A stretch of DNA of 50,504 nucleotides, counting the filler, from Streblomastix strix (Eukaryota), in NCBI GenBank assembly GCA_008636045.1. It is 2 parts of 2 records of this genome, joined end to end, with 100 filler letters (N's around TTAATTAATTAA, not from the genome) between each part and the next. Parts side by side here need not be neighbours in the genome. Positions count along the whole stretch, not along the records: positions 25,313 to 50,504 come from SNRW01000208.1; 1 more part is not named here. One strand, given 5' to 3'. The number at the start of each line of letters is the position of its first letter. Position 1 is the first letter of the stretch. Position numbers and translations under genes: made by a program. This document shows, in pieces, positions 37,025-50,504 of this stretch. The notes under the pieces were generated by a model. That model did no database searches and was not told the DNA's origin. It saw nothing but the letters and a program-made list of their open reading frames with translations.

Positions 37025-40000
37025 TCATAAAGGAGGTTTTTCAGAAGTTGAAGGAGGTAAGGGAGTTGATTATCTGGTTATATTCTCTCTTTCTAGAAGA
37101 ATAATAATGCCATTCTTGAAGCTTTAGTCAACAGGAATAAATTCCTGCTCACCCATTTCAATAATCTCATCTTCTTTCTTCAACTTCTTATCAATTCTTT
37201 ATTCGTCTTTATCCATCAGACTTGTTCCCTCATCATTTCTTTTCTCATTTTCTTCATCTTCATCATCATCTTTTGGAAGAGGTGCTATATCAACGTATTA
37301 AATATATTTTCTTTATTCTGGAATAACGCGTGCTGGATTACCAAGGAAGAATGGACCTTTTTAATCTTCAATTTTCTTAGAATTTTCCTCTTTTTCTTTC
37401 TCTTTTTCTTTCTCTTTCTCTTTTTCTTATTTTGCTTTTTCTTCCAAATCTTTCTCTTAATTTTCCTTCTACTTTGATTTAGAAACTGAAAGCACAACCT
37501 CTGTTTATTCTTTTTGTTTATCAATCTTTTATCGAATTCTTTTAACTGGATATGCAAATCTTAAAAAAAAAACAATATTAAATAACAAACAATAATATGG
37601 TATATAAAAAGTGAAATGTCCAATGTAAATAATAAAGATATATAATAATATACTTCTAAGGATTAACATTGAGCTAGAATTTATAATTAGGAATTTCAAG
37701 ATTCTCATCGACAGCAATGATAGCTGAGATAAAAATTGAATAAAAGTTAAATAAAATTAATGAAAAATTAATAAAATAAAAATTAATTTTTTTATTTATT
37801 TCCAAAAAAATTACTTAATATTATTATAAACCAGATGGATGCAATGCAAACGTAATGAAAAGAGCGTAAGTGTGCCAATACCAGAGTTACGAAAATAGAG
37901 CAATGCCTGTCAATGAATAATAATAAAATTAATTATATTAAATAAAATTAATGCATTTCTTATCGTATTACAAACCCATTACTGATCCTAATCTTGGTTA
38001 ATTTTCGTTTGTGAAGAGATTAAGAGAAACATTTCGTCCACCTTTTAAAAATTAAATAAAAATAAACTTAAAATATAAATCCTTCTTCTGATAACATCAA
38101 TAATACCAGCATTCATAATTCCAATTCCTATTTACGCTCCTAATCGTGCTATTATATCAGCTTTCTTTGATTAAACGACAGATCTCAGGTATGTTGAAAC
38201 TTCTATAAAATGATAACATATTTGAAAACAATATTAAATATAAATATTTTCAATAATTTCTCATTTTAAATTCTTAATTTTTAATTATACCCTTATATTT
38301 ATAGTCTTATTCTCCTCTTTGCATATATAAGAGTCCAAGGCCAATACATGCATTCTAGCGAATGTATCCTTCTCTATTACAAAATAAACATGAATTAGCA
38401 AAATAAATAATTTTGATTATGTTTATCAAAATATTTAACCTTTCTTCAGCAAGATGAAGAAGAAGTCGTACAGCTTCGACTATTAATATAACAAAGAATA
38501 ATTAAAATATAATATCAATATTGTTATAATTCATACTACTTGGTTATCCAGCAGCTGCAATACCAAGTGCTAGTCCTGCACCAGCTCTTATCTGTTAGAA
38601 ATATTATAATTATTGTAATATAATACAAATACTTATTATCATACCATTGTATTAAAAGAATCACACAGAGGAGCAATTGATCTAATGAATTAATCTAATT
38701 CTGATTATTAATACAATTGAGAAGAAGACTATGATTAAGATGTCTATGAAACATAAGAAGATTGAATAATATTTTGAGGTGAAGGTGATGGAGAACGAGA
38801 TGAATGAGTTTTAGAAACAGGAATTGAAGGAATTGAAGGAATTGGATGAGGAGTAATTGAATTATGATATGAATATTAGAGAGAAGGACCTGGAGATGGT
38901 GTTCTGGATGAGGATTTGAATTATTAATATTTCTGCTATTGATTAATCTGTTGTTCTTATCTCTCTTTATGCGCCTGAGAATGGGTATATTAGTGAGTGT
39001 ATGAAGGATTTGTTCCTGAGTAGATTAGACCAAGAGAGACCACAGCTTGCCTTTGAACGTCTCCTATAAAATAGACAAAGAAAAAAATGTGGAATAAAAT
39101 GAATGGATAAAAACATATTTTATTTCTTTAATAATTATACCGCATGGATCTTAAGCAGCTATCATAAATAATCTCTAGATAATATCAGATGAATGATCTC
39201 CGATATAAGCAATTCCTGCTGTAAATGCTCCTAAAATAAATATTTTGATGTTAATATTGGTTGTATAAATTGGAATTAAAATTATGTTAATTATATCGAA
39301 TATTTCACATGTTATTAACTATTATAATTCATACCTGCATATCTCATAACTTCATCACCATCATTGATGAACTAATCAATCCAAACAAGAGCTTTTTCTT
39401 TTTATCCAGCAAATATCAGTCCAATAGAAATACCAAGTGCTCGTTATATCTATTAATGAATTTAATATTCCAAAGAAAGAAAAGTAAAATTTATAATTCA
39501 TTTTATATTTTATTAATTCAATCGCTTTATCTCATTATTACCTTCTGATGTTAAGTCGCTCCCATCGAATCAAATAGTAACTCTATAATTTTTAAAATAT
39601 TTAATGAAATATTAATAAATTAAATCTCATAGTTATTATAAATATACCAGCAGTCTCATTGTCTGCTGATCCAAGCATAACCATTCCAATTGAAATAGCA
39701 GCTGCTTCACCTTTTTATAATATATAATATAGTTAATGAAATAATTAAAAGAGAACGATTTGTTTATACCTGAATAAGAATTGTCATCACGTAGAATCTC
39801 AATCAATTTGCTCACATTCTCTTTTTCTTTGTTTCCCATACCTATATTAAATATATATAGTATAACAAAATATTTATTAAATAATATTATTATATACTGG
39901 CGCATCCAAGAGCCAAAGCAATCCCATGCTGATGAACAGCAAAGTTATGTGCTGCTTCCTGTATGTATAAATCATTATGTATAATGTGAAAATATAATAA

Positions 40001-43000
40001 AATTTTAAATAATATATATTATTAAGAATATATTATGTAAATCATGGTGTATTTATATATTAATACTTCCTTAATTCTTGACTTCTCTTTTTAGTCCAAT
40101 ATTCTTCCACCAAATCCTCTGCTCTTCTCTAAATACTACTCTTTCAATTCTTCTTAAGTTTGAAGCAAATATGGAACTAAATCTGATCCAGTTTCACCAT
40201 GAAGAAGACCTTTATGTGTGAAATATTGAGATTATCAGAGTAGAAAGTGTTATGAAAATTTGAAGTTTATATCAATATTAAATTATACCCAAAGCAAATA
40301 ATGCGCCAGCTTCGTGATAAGGAGATGATATTGGAACTTTTTATTATTATTAATATGGATTTTTTTCTTTAATATATAAAATGAGTGAATTAAATATAAA
40401 AATGATATAATTATATATTTTCTTTTCACATACAGTACATTTTAAAAAAATCTTCAATTTACATATTATAATTAGGTTATCTATTTTTATTTTATTTTCC
40501 TTAATTAGTTATCTAATCTTTATCTTTAATCTTTCATTCGACATCCTATTAAAATTCAAAATGAGAAATAATAGTAGTAGTAATAATAATAATAAAATAC
40601 TTTTAATGTTTCATCTTCAATAGAAAAATATCCATCGAATCCACCTTGAGTCTTTTTCTATATTAATTATTTCTCCTTCTTTTCGCCTTTATCAAAGTCT
40701 TTATCCATTTACTTTTCATTCTAATTTAATAGTCTTTATTCATTAAGTCTCTTCATTTTATTCTCATTAAAGGTCTTTGACATCTCTTATAGCTATTTTT
40801 GTGCTGTTTAAGCTCCTGTTATAGCAAAATAAAGAGGGAAAACCAATAAAAATAATAATTCAATTATAAATTCATTCGTTTTATTTACCTTTTTTCATAA
40901 GATATGAAGTTGAATCAGTTTATGGAAGAAATTAGCTCAATAAATAAAATGATACTTTATTATGACCCCTGATATTATATATTGCAATAATTATATAAAT
41001 AAGATATAGAATGAGGATAGACAAGGTACATCCAACATATTATACCTATGAATGGCACCAAATGAAGCTGTGATTGTGAATTTGGACCAATTAGTTACAG
41101 GTTGGATCCATTCCTAATGAAAATAAAAATTAATTAAATAGCAATTATAATAAATTTTTCAATATTTTCTATTTCTTACTAATTCTATTAATTCATTATT
41201 TATAATCATACTTTATTATTTCTTATAAATTAATCATCTTAAGTCCCACAACACATAATTGCATTAGATATCATAGCACCTGTCATCATCAAAACTGCTT
41301 GTCTCCCTTTTGCAGCTCCTTCAGCGTTCTTCATCTCAATCATTTCTAATTCATCAACATTTGAATATAAAGATAAATACCTTGTTTATATTTCTGTTGG
41401 TATAAGTCCTTAGGATATTGATGAAAGAAGAAGAAGGAATTCACTAATGAAATAATAGAGACATAATATAGTATACAATTAATTGATAAGTAAATAAAAT
41501 AATTCATCAGCTAAAATCATACATTTATGTTCTGTCTCTTTTTCTCTCTTCAAAGAAATCAAAATCATCAACTGCTATTTTGTTCTCAGGAAGAAGATCA
41601 ACTAAATTATGTATGTAATTTGAAATTAGATACGAAAAAAAATCAATTTAAATAATACGCATATATTAAAATTTAAATTATCAATATAATTTTGTAAACT
41701 TTACGTTTTTGGAAACTTCTGTTTTTCATCAAGAATCGCGATTTTAAGCTAACTACGAAAATCCTGAAAATATAATATACAATGTAAATAATTCATTCTA
41801 TTTCCTATTTAATTATATTTATATTTAATTTTTCTATATTTCATTCAAACAAAATTTCCTCCATCATGAGCAGCAAAAACTATTTGCATTGCACAGGCAC
41901 GTGAGAATGGTGTCTAAATAAATAGTTAAAATAATGATTGAAATTAAGAATAACAATAAAATAATAAATAATAATTCAAACATTTTCCTTCACAAGATCA
42001 ACAATGAGTTAACAAATTCCTTGTATCTATTCCATGACAATGTATATTCGAGCCAAATTGAATAGACATTCTGATTTAGATGATAATGAAGAATGAGATA
42101 TATAAGGATGTTTTAATGTGTTTGCATTGTTAGAAATTCCTTCTTTCTTTTCTTTTTCTTCAAATTCTTTCAATTAAACAATTTCTTACTAATATAATCT
42201 TATCAGCAATTCATAGACTCTTTCTCTGAATTGTCTGTGTTTGATGTCTGTTGTTGCCATATCAAATGTTAATCTCAAAAGATCAATGGATGAATTTGAT
42301 GGATGTGATATCAATGAAGGAGATGCAACTTCTGGTGATATGCACAATTGAGACAAGGCTTTGCTTTCTTCATCCAAATCTTTACTCATTTTAGTTAATT
42401 CTTCATTTTTTGCTTCACTTAAACATCGTTCTATTAAGTCAAGACGAAATGTTTCAAAAGCTAAACCAAGAATTTCTGGATATTGTTTCTTCCTATAATA
42501 ATAATAATAATAATAATAATAAAATATCATTAATAAAAAATATTTGACTAAAATAGAAAATACAAAAAATTGATATCAGCAAATTTATTGAATAGATTTT
42601 CAAGGCGGATATCAATAAGTACATCATTTTATCCAGATTCAGAACATTCTATTTTAGATCTAAAAGCAGAATATCTGGTGAGAACAGCATCTAATGATAT
42701 CAATAATAGAAAGGATATAAATGAAATGATTAATTGAACAGTAATTTCAAACCTGCAACAAAGACGGCGAATGAACTCTCTTTTTAACAATCAAAAGTAT
42801 CATCAGAATCAAGTACCTCATCAAGCGATCTTTCAGAATCGCCCATGTGGAAATAGATCTTATTAATGTATTTGTTTGTAATAAAAATTAAATAAAACTA
42901 ATAGAAAGTGTCATAATACCTTGGAAAGAAGGAGAGCTGCACCTTTTTATTCTACAGGAAGAATTTAACTTGATTTTTTCATTGATTCACTTTTAAATTG

Positions 43001-43173
43001 AAAAAAATAAAGTCAATCATTAGAATGTAACTTGCATACAGCTATGCTATGAATGGTTGTGTTCCAAGCTCGTGAAATGCTTAACCAACAAGCGGCTATA
43101 GAATACGCACAGTAGCAGCCTGTAACTTCACATTGGTTGACAATAAATTCGGCAGAAGTGATGCGATATTCAT
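37025..43173 (-). CDS. RPN2: 26S proteasome regulatory subunit Rpn2/PSMD1, many introns
   Basis: AALLLSK|IYFHMG, GLAFETFRLDLIE, TNWSKFTITASFGAIH, PYHEAGALFAL|GLLHG, GEAAAISIGMVMLGS, DVQRQAVVSLGLI, IRAGAGLALGIAAAG, GIMNAGGRNVSL; TGA at 37027-37025. Confidence 0.92.
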
Positions 43174-43626
43174 CTGCAAAAGCTTAAAAATTATGGGAAT
43201 ATAAAAATGGATCAGGAGAATTCAATTAAACAAAAATGAAAGAAACTATTAAAAAATTGATGCTTTAACAGCAATAAATTTGAGCTTTATTAAAAAAAAC
43301 GAAAAACACAATATTTGAGCTTTACTTTGATAATAGTTTGAAGAAAAATATTAAATTATTGTTAATGTACATTTAAAATGAAATTAAAATTCTGTATTAC
43401 AAAAAATGTTAATTGGTTCAAACAGGATAGATAAATATTATTTTCATTTATCAATTGTATATAACTAAGAATATATAATACTTAAAATGTGTTGTAAATA
43501 AATAGCAAAATCATAAATAATGATTTACTTACTATTTAACCTGCTGAAACACAAGAAATTCAAAGCAAAAATTTTATAAAATTAGTAAATTTAGATTTGT
43601 AGACTATCATTTTATTTTATAAAATA

Positions 43627-46600
43627 TCATTTTTTTGCTAATTCTTTTTTTAAATCGCGTGTATAAATATCAAAATATGCACCAGGAATCTTCCCAACGG
43701 CCTCAAGTTTTCCCTGATCTAATCTACTATTTATCATCTCTCGGATTTAAGGAGTTACTCTCGAGACTATTCCAGTAAGCATCAGAAAAAGGTGTTTACA
43801 CATTGACATCTCATTCAAATCGTCTCTTGGTGCAGCCCCTTATTTTTCAGCCTCGGTAACGTCTGCAGCTTTCCTTCAATAATAAATATATCGAAGAAAA
43901 ATATATAATAAATAAGATAATAAAGTGTAATTCGCATACATAATAGAGCCTATTAATGAATCTATTACAGTTATTGATTGAAATAGTAAGGTATCATCTA
44001 CATAAATAAGAAAAAGAAAATAGTAAAGGTTAAAACAAAATAAAATTCTTGAATATTAATAGTAATGATATTCAATATAATTAATTATAATACTTTTCGT
44101 TCTTAATGAGGAGAATCTTTATAGTAAACTTTTAAATTAATTCTTAGTATTTTTATTTGATGATAATATACAGTTAGTGAAGATAAATTCTACAAGTACA
44201 TCGTATTGTGGATTTACTAATTGTTTGCGCATCAATTAAAGAATCGAAGAAGCGATCTAACTTTTAATATCTATAACTTTTATGTTTTCGAATTTATATA
44301 TCTGTATTTCAGATTTGTCACCAGCATGATTGATTAAAGGTAAATTGCATGATGAAGAATATTCAAAGTCATATGAATTAAACAGTTAAAACAGCGAATC
44401 AATCCAATTATTGTCTTAAAGTATATCATAGAAAGCGTGTGGATAATGATCACTAACTAATGCAAAAGTTTGAAATACAACCGCTTTTTCAGGTTTGATT
44501 ACATTTCCAGCTATAACAACATTTTGTAATATAGCAGAAATGAGTACTAAAAGCTCTTCTAATTTCATTACTCCAACTTCAATTCGTCTCATCGATCTCT
44601 GTTTCCTTTTAATTCCAACTTGTATTAATTTGGATGAATCTTTAAAAGATGAAGAAGATTATGAAGATTCTAATTATAGTCTTTCTCTTTCAATTTTCAA
44701 TCTCTTCTATTATCCCAATACAAGTTAAATGCATAAAATAAGAGCATCTAATAAACCATCTTTTACACATTTTTCAACTTATTCATCCTTTGCATATACA
44801 GCGACATGTCTAAGTGAGTAAATGAGATCATAAGTGATTAAATTTGGTGCAAAAAATATATCTTCATCATTGTTATCATCTTCTTATAACGATTTATCAT
44901 CATCTTCTTCTTCTTCATTAGCACCAAGTATAAAGTCATCAACAATTTCAGCATTTTCTTTTCTTTCAGGTTTTGATAACTCATTTTTCAATGATGTACC
45001 AATTCGAACTCCAATCATTGCAGAAGAACGTAATGCTTTCAGTCGAACCTAAGATATAATATCAAAAGCGAGGTGTGATTCTACAAAATCAGTACAAGCA
45101 GCTTCTTATCTAAAAACAAGATTTGCAGCAATTTTGCAGATTTTTTCTTTTAAGTCACTTCCACCACTCACTTCATCACCTGCTTACCAGGTTCCATAAT
45201 CTTTTCTAATTACTTTTAATGGTTGTTGACTGTGTTTTTCTTTCTCTATTCTCTCTAACTCTTATATTCTTGTCAATCTAACTGATTCATATTCATCTTC
45301 ATCTTGTGGTGCTGTTGTGAACATTAATCGAAGATATGGGAATATCTTTGAAGCAATTAATCTCTTCTTAAGATCTGCTAATCTCTATTCATCAGTTTAT
45401 ATTTCAGCTGCTGCATTTTCCTATTATTATGTTTAAGTATTTATCTGTTAAATAGAAGTTGCATCTGGAGGAGCTGGAGTATTTGTTGATGGAGTATTTA
45501 TTGTTTGATTGAGATTTGAGATTGGAGATGGTTAAGGGGAAGGAACTGTTGGTGGACTTGTTCCATTGATTATATCTTTTGGCTTTGGTGGATAAAGACC
45601 TTTATAAATAAGATCTAATGGAGGAAATTTATTCTTATCAAGATATTCACTAGTATATAAATATAAATAAATAAGTTATATATGAATTATAAACAAGTAA
45701 TATTATAGCATACAATATTTCTTTATTCAACTATTCTTAAGATTTTTCTTCCTAGTCTTTTAATTCGGGATAAATTCTCTCTGTTTATTGGATTCTGAAT
45801 TTAGGAGTTACTATAAAATAAATTATTAAAGGAAATGATATTAATATTCATTAAAAGATAATGATTAATAATCTTAATAATGTAAATATTCATACTTGGC
45901 ATCTATACTAATTGTGATAATTAATCAAGAGTAAGAATTGTATTTATTCCACCTTGAATTTATACTCCAGTAAAATTAATCCTGAAAAATGGAGAAGAAA
46001 GAGCTTATTCAATATTCCATCGTTTATTAGGATCTTCTTATAATAATCCTTCTATTAGTTATTTACATTCAGAAGGAAAGTTCAATCCAATCTAAGATCC
46101 TTAAAACATTGAAGTTGCAACTTCCTTTTCTGTGCGACCTGGGAATGGCAATCTAAAACAATTAATAAAATAAATGAAAATAAATTATATTGATCAAATA
46201 TAAACAATATTACCTTTTTGATAATAATTAAAACATTATAACTCCAATAGACCAAATATCCGATTTGAAATTTGGTTGTTGTGCACCACATAAAACTTCT
46301 GGTGCCTGAAAATAAAATAAAATAATTGAATTTAATATAAAAAGCATAAAATAAACAACTTCAAACACAATAAGCTGGATTTCTCTTAATCTTCCATAAT
46401 TACTTCAATTATTCCATATCTCCAGTCTTCTGTAGTGAAATGGGACTTATGAGAGATAATGATCCAATCATAACCTTACAAATTGGTTGGGGTTATGGAT
46501 CATTGATGTTGGAAAAGAGGATATTGTCAGAAGTTATATTACTGAATAGTATCAAATTATTGGAATTATTAGTGAATAAAATAAAATAAATTATACTTAT

Positions 46601-47284
46601 GAATAAATCCTGCATCGTGTATCGCTTTGCATCCTAGTACTGTCAATTGTTATATAAATAATGAAAAGCATAAAAATAATTAATATTCACACATATTTGG
46701 TAAATAATACTCTGAACAACATTAAGAGGAGTTGGATTTGGATTATTTGAAACAAGAATATCACTCAAATTCTACATAACCAAATAAAATTATATAGAAT
46801 CCAGTAAATAAAGATAATAAATAAAATAAAGAAGAAAGGAATGTTTTATATAAACCCCAATATTTGCAGCTTCCATTAGTTGGACAACGTGTTTACGACT
46901 TGTTGAGTTTGCAGCAAAGAAAGTTACATGTGGACTACAAGAGAAAATAAATAAATAAATATTAAAATTATAATAAACAATTTGAATCTTGCATATTAAC
47001 CTAATTATACTACTTCCTGCTGACCATTCAAATGGATTAAAGTCATATCGAGGAAGGACTTTGGCAGCTCGTGCCTTTCCATCCCCAGGATCAACTGCAA
47101 ATACATGAGATCCTAAAATATTATATAAGTTATTGCATGTGAAATAATATTACATTAACAAATGCAACACACCAAGTTTTTCAAGAATCTAAACAGCATT
47201 TGAAAAAATTAAATTAAAATGTTACAATAATAAAAATAGACATACAATACATCCAAGCTGATTGAGTACTCTAATCTCACTCAT
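43627..47284 (-). CDS. Protein kinase-fold protein (probable pseudokinase) with a long helical C-terminal region
   Basis: RAAKVL, LMEAANIG, AIHDAGFIHN|NITSDNIL, APEVL, SDIWSIGVI, LPFPG, LLQEDPNKR; HRD and DFG absent; multiple GT-AG introns; TGA at 43629-43627. Confidence 0.85.
46639..47087. repeat. 449-bp duplication, copy inside the pseudokinase gene
   Basis: Near-identical to 50056-50504, introns included. Confidence 0.95.
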
Positions 47285-47449
47285 ATTATCAGGTTATTGG
47301 ATTATAACTGATTTGAAATATAAATTAATAAGTTAATAAAATATAATTAAAAAAATTGGTGAGAATAACTTAATGTATAAATAAGGATTTGAATAAAATA
47401 AATGTATAATAATTTGGTAGGTTGGTTAAAAAATTAATTAAATCAATTG

Positions 47450-50055
47450 ATCATTTAATAGGGAAATAGAATTATCTTATAGTTATTAATTTTCATCTCT
47501 TCCACTTCTATCAGTATTAATAGTAGGAGAATTGAATTCTTTTATTCCTTCTCCATCTTGCATGGCTTTGGATAGCATTAATTTCAAATTTGGGAGAGAT
47601 TTTTCAATTTCATCAATTACCCTTGTTATTCTTTCATCAACATTTGATAATTGTTTATTAATATCTATTTATTGTGATTTTTTATTCTTTTCTGTTTCTT
47701 TTGAACATTTATTATTTTTTAATTTGGTCATAATATGCTTAGGCAATTATTCATTATTAATATTTAATTCTCTTTCTTCATCTTCTTATAATAATCTTTT
47801 ATTAGTTGAATTTGTCTTTGTAGATGGAGAAGAGAACGAGTTATTGTTTATCAAGCAATTTATATTTTTGTAGATATGCCTATAAAATACATATAATTTG
47901 AAATATTTATTGTCATCAAGCAAGAAATTAACCAAATAAATATATTATAATTGATAAATGAATACATATAATCTGGGTGTAATTATTTCTTGAATTTATT
48001 GCATATATTTTTTGCAAGGAGAATCTGGTATATTTTCAGTAGGAAAAACATTTAAAATATAGAAATATATGCTAAAATTAATGTATATAAGAAAATCAAT
48101 TTGAAATATATATTTATATCGTATATGTAGTACAGAAAATCAATAATAAAATTCTTTATTTAATTGACCAAGTACTCCACAGAGAAGAAATGAGTTGTGA
48201 AAAAACTTTAAAATTCAATTTAGAAGTACAAATAATATTTTATTTGTAATAAAAGATCTAATAATATTCAGTTAGTGCCCAAACAAGACTCCCTTTGAGA
48301 ACGAGTCTGTAAATATTTATAAACATTATTCAGTTGTTAAATTTAAAATGTAAATTTTTAGTATTTTTTATTTGATACAGAACAATCATCGCTATTGAGT
48401 GTTGAATTCATCATCTGATTTAAAAATCGAATTTTCCTCTTCGCAGATGTTTTCTTTTCCATCATATCTGTAAACATCGGCCATCCCAGGGTTAAAGCGC
48501 AACAATGTGGCATTAAATGGATAGCTCAGACTTACTTTTTTCTCGATTTACTTTTCCTTTGCCAATTATGAATTTTGCTGAGAAAACTGCTACTATGTTT
48601 AGTTATATGGATAGAAGAGAGGTACACTATCTCTTTCCCTTGAACTTGATCTACTTCCTCTCCTTGATGCACTCATACTTCTCCTATTCTCAAGTGATGG
48701 TGGTTTTGAAGTGGAGTGAGGTTATAGAAGAGTAGGAGGATCATTTTAATAAAATTTAACTTCCATTTTTTCAATTGGAGATGATTATTCTTTTTCTTTT
48801 TCTTAATCATTTGAATTAATCTAACCAGTCTGATTTTAAAGAGGCTTCGCATCAGATTCAGGGAAAATTGAGTTTGATTTTTTAATGTTTGAAATTAATT
48901 CTTATTACAATTGAGCTAATGATGCTTTTAGATGATCAGAAGACCATATATTTGGATCAGGAGAGACCCTTCTAAATTATTTTTCTGGCAATTTATTTAT
49001 ATTCTTTTCTTCTTTCCTTTTTTCTTTTTCTCTTCCAACTTCTTTTTCTCTTCCCATATTTTTTTCTATTTCTATTTCTTTGTCTTTTTCTTTCTTTCTT
49101 TCTTTCTCTTTATCTTTCTCAGCTTCTCTTGGATTTGGAGGTAATCCCTCTCTTCTAATTCTTAATTCTTTATCTTCTTTCTCTTTTATTCTTTCTTTAG
49201 CTATTAAATTAGTTTATGCCTTTAATTCTTTCTCTTTTATCAATCTATCTTGTATTATTATCTTTAACGCTTAATCTGATCTTAATGTTGTTATTTCTAA
49301 TTATTTTAATTAAAGTTAATCCTTCATATCTTTTAATTCTTTTTAAAGATCTTGAATCTAATTTTCTAATTCAACGATTCTCTTTTCCGATACTTATAAA
49401 TTGATAAGTAATTTTTCATTTTCTTTATCTTTTTCTTCAAGTAATGTCTTAAGTTTAATTCTTTCCCTCTCTTTATCTTCATCAATTTTTGATCCTTTCT
49501 CTTTTTATTTCCTTTAATCATCTTCTCTCTTCTATCTTTATTCTTTCTCAACTTTCTCTTTCTCTTCTTTATCATGCACTTTCTATTTTATACTAGCTAA
49601 TTCTGCTTTTAATTTCACTTATTCCTCTCTTAATCTTGCAATATCACTTCTATACTTTGCAATATCTTATCTTGATTTTTCAAGGTCTTAACTCAATTTT
49701 TAATAATCTTCATCTTTTATTTTATTCTAAATTTCATATTATTTTAGTTTCTTTTATAGTTCTTTCAATTATTTTTCTATCTAATTGAATTCATCTTCAT
49801 TTTAACTTTTATTATTGTTTACTTATTATTTTTCAGATATTCTTTATTTTTCATTTTCTTCAATTTTTTTCATCAATTCTTCAATCTTTTATTTTAATTA
49901 TTCTATCTCTCTTTACAATTTTATCTCAATTTCCTCATGTCTCGTTATTTCTTCTTCTTTTGTGATTTATATAACTTCTAATGACTATTTAATTTTTTCA
50001 TTTTCTTAAATAAGATGAAGAATCTTCTCTTCTTTTTCTTTATTTTCACATTCAG
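47450..50055 (-). CDS. Coiled-coil (E/K/Q-rich) protein; 5' end replaced by the kinase duplicate; in-frame TGA at 48388-48386
   Basis: ~1.7-kb open E/K-rich exon, followed by short GT-AG-bounded exons and a coding-like exon at ~47460-47879. Confidence 0.55.
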
Positions 50056-50504
50056 ACTGTCAATTGTTATATAAATATTGAAAAGTATAAAAATATTTAA
50101 TATTCACACATATTTGGTAAATAATACTCTGAACAACATTAAGAGGAGTTGGATTTTGATTATTTGAAATAAGAATATCACTCAAATTCTACATAACCAA
50201 ATAAAATTGTATAGAATCCAGTAAATAAAGTAAATAAATAAAATAAAGAAGAAAGGAATGTTTTATATAAACCCCAATATTTGCAGCTTCCATCAGTTGG
50301 ACAACGTGTTTACGACTTGTTGAGTTTGCAGCAAAGAAAGTTACATGTGGACTACAAGAGAAAATAAATAAATAAAGATTAAAATTATAATAAACAATTT
50401 GAATCTTGTGTATTAACCTAATTATACTACTTCCTGCTGACCATTCAAATGGATTAAAGTCATATCGAGGAAGGACTTTGGCAGCTCGTGCCTTTCCATC
50501 CCCA
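50056..50504 (-). pseudogene. Partial duplicate of the pseudokinase N-terminal exons, running off the window
   Basis: Same exons and introns as 46639-47087; splicing at the shared acceptor gives TTC TGA. Confidence 0.75.

Noticed and set aside
47185..47250. Apparent non-canonical GT-AA intron in the pseudokinase
   Set aside because: An alternative donor (GGA TGT ATT|gtatgt) gives a canonical in-frame GT-AG intron
44495..50009. Plus-strand Ser/Phe/Leu-rich ORFs
   Set aside because: Antisense shadows of minus-strand E/K-rich exons

Overview
Very AT-rich eukaryotic protist DNA. Long conserved frames are open only if TAA/TAG are read as Gln (TGA is the sole stop), so the supplied standard-code ORF track is mostly fragments and antisense shadows. 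The code, the short AT-rich GT-AG introns and the element content suggest an oxymonad such as Streblomastix (inference). An artificial linker (N44-TTAATTAATTAA-N44, 25213-25312) splits the window into two possibly unrelated contigs. The left contig is a mobile-element graveyard: MITE-like foldbacks, a decayed DIRS-type tyrosine-recombinase retrotransposon (~6.3-11.9 kb, minus strand) with two nested insertions, and a decaying endogenous Polinton-like virus (~13.4-25.2 kb). The virus carries an AEP primase-SF3 helicase, a Fic-domain gene, two fibre-like genes, an intact amphipathic pVI-like ORF and a putative major capsid protein. It also contains three copies of a ~70-100 bp hairpin element whose stem shows a compensatory base change. 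The right contig is gene-dense host DNA: a coiled-coil gene, a very large Pumilio/PUF gene, proteasome subunit RPN2, a pseudokinase, and a coiled-coil gene joined out of frame to a 449-bp duplicate of part of the pseudokinase. All translations were done by eye and no database searches were run.
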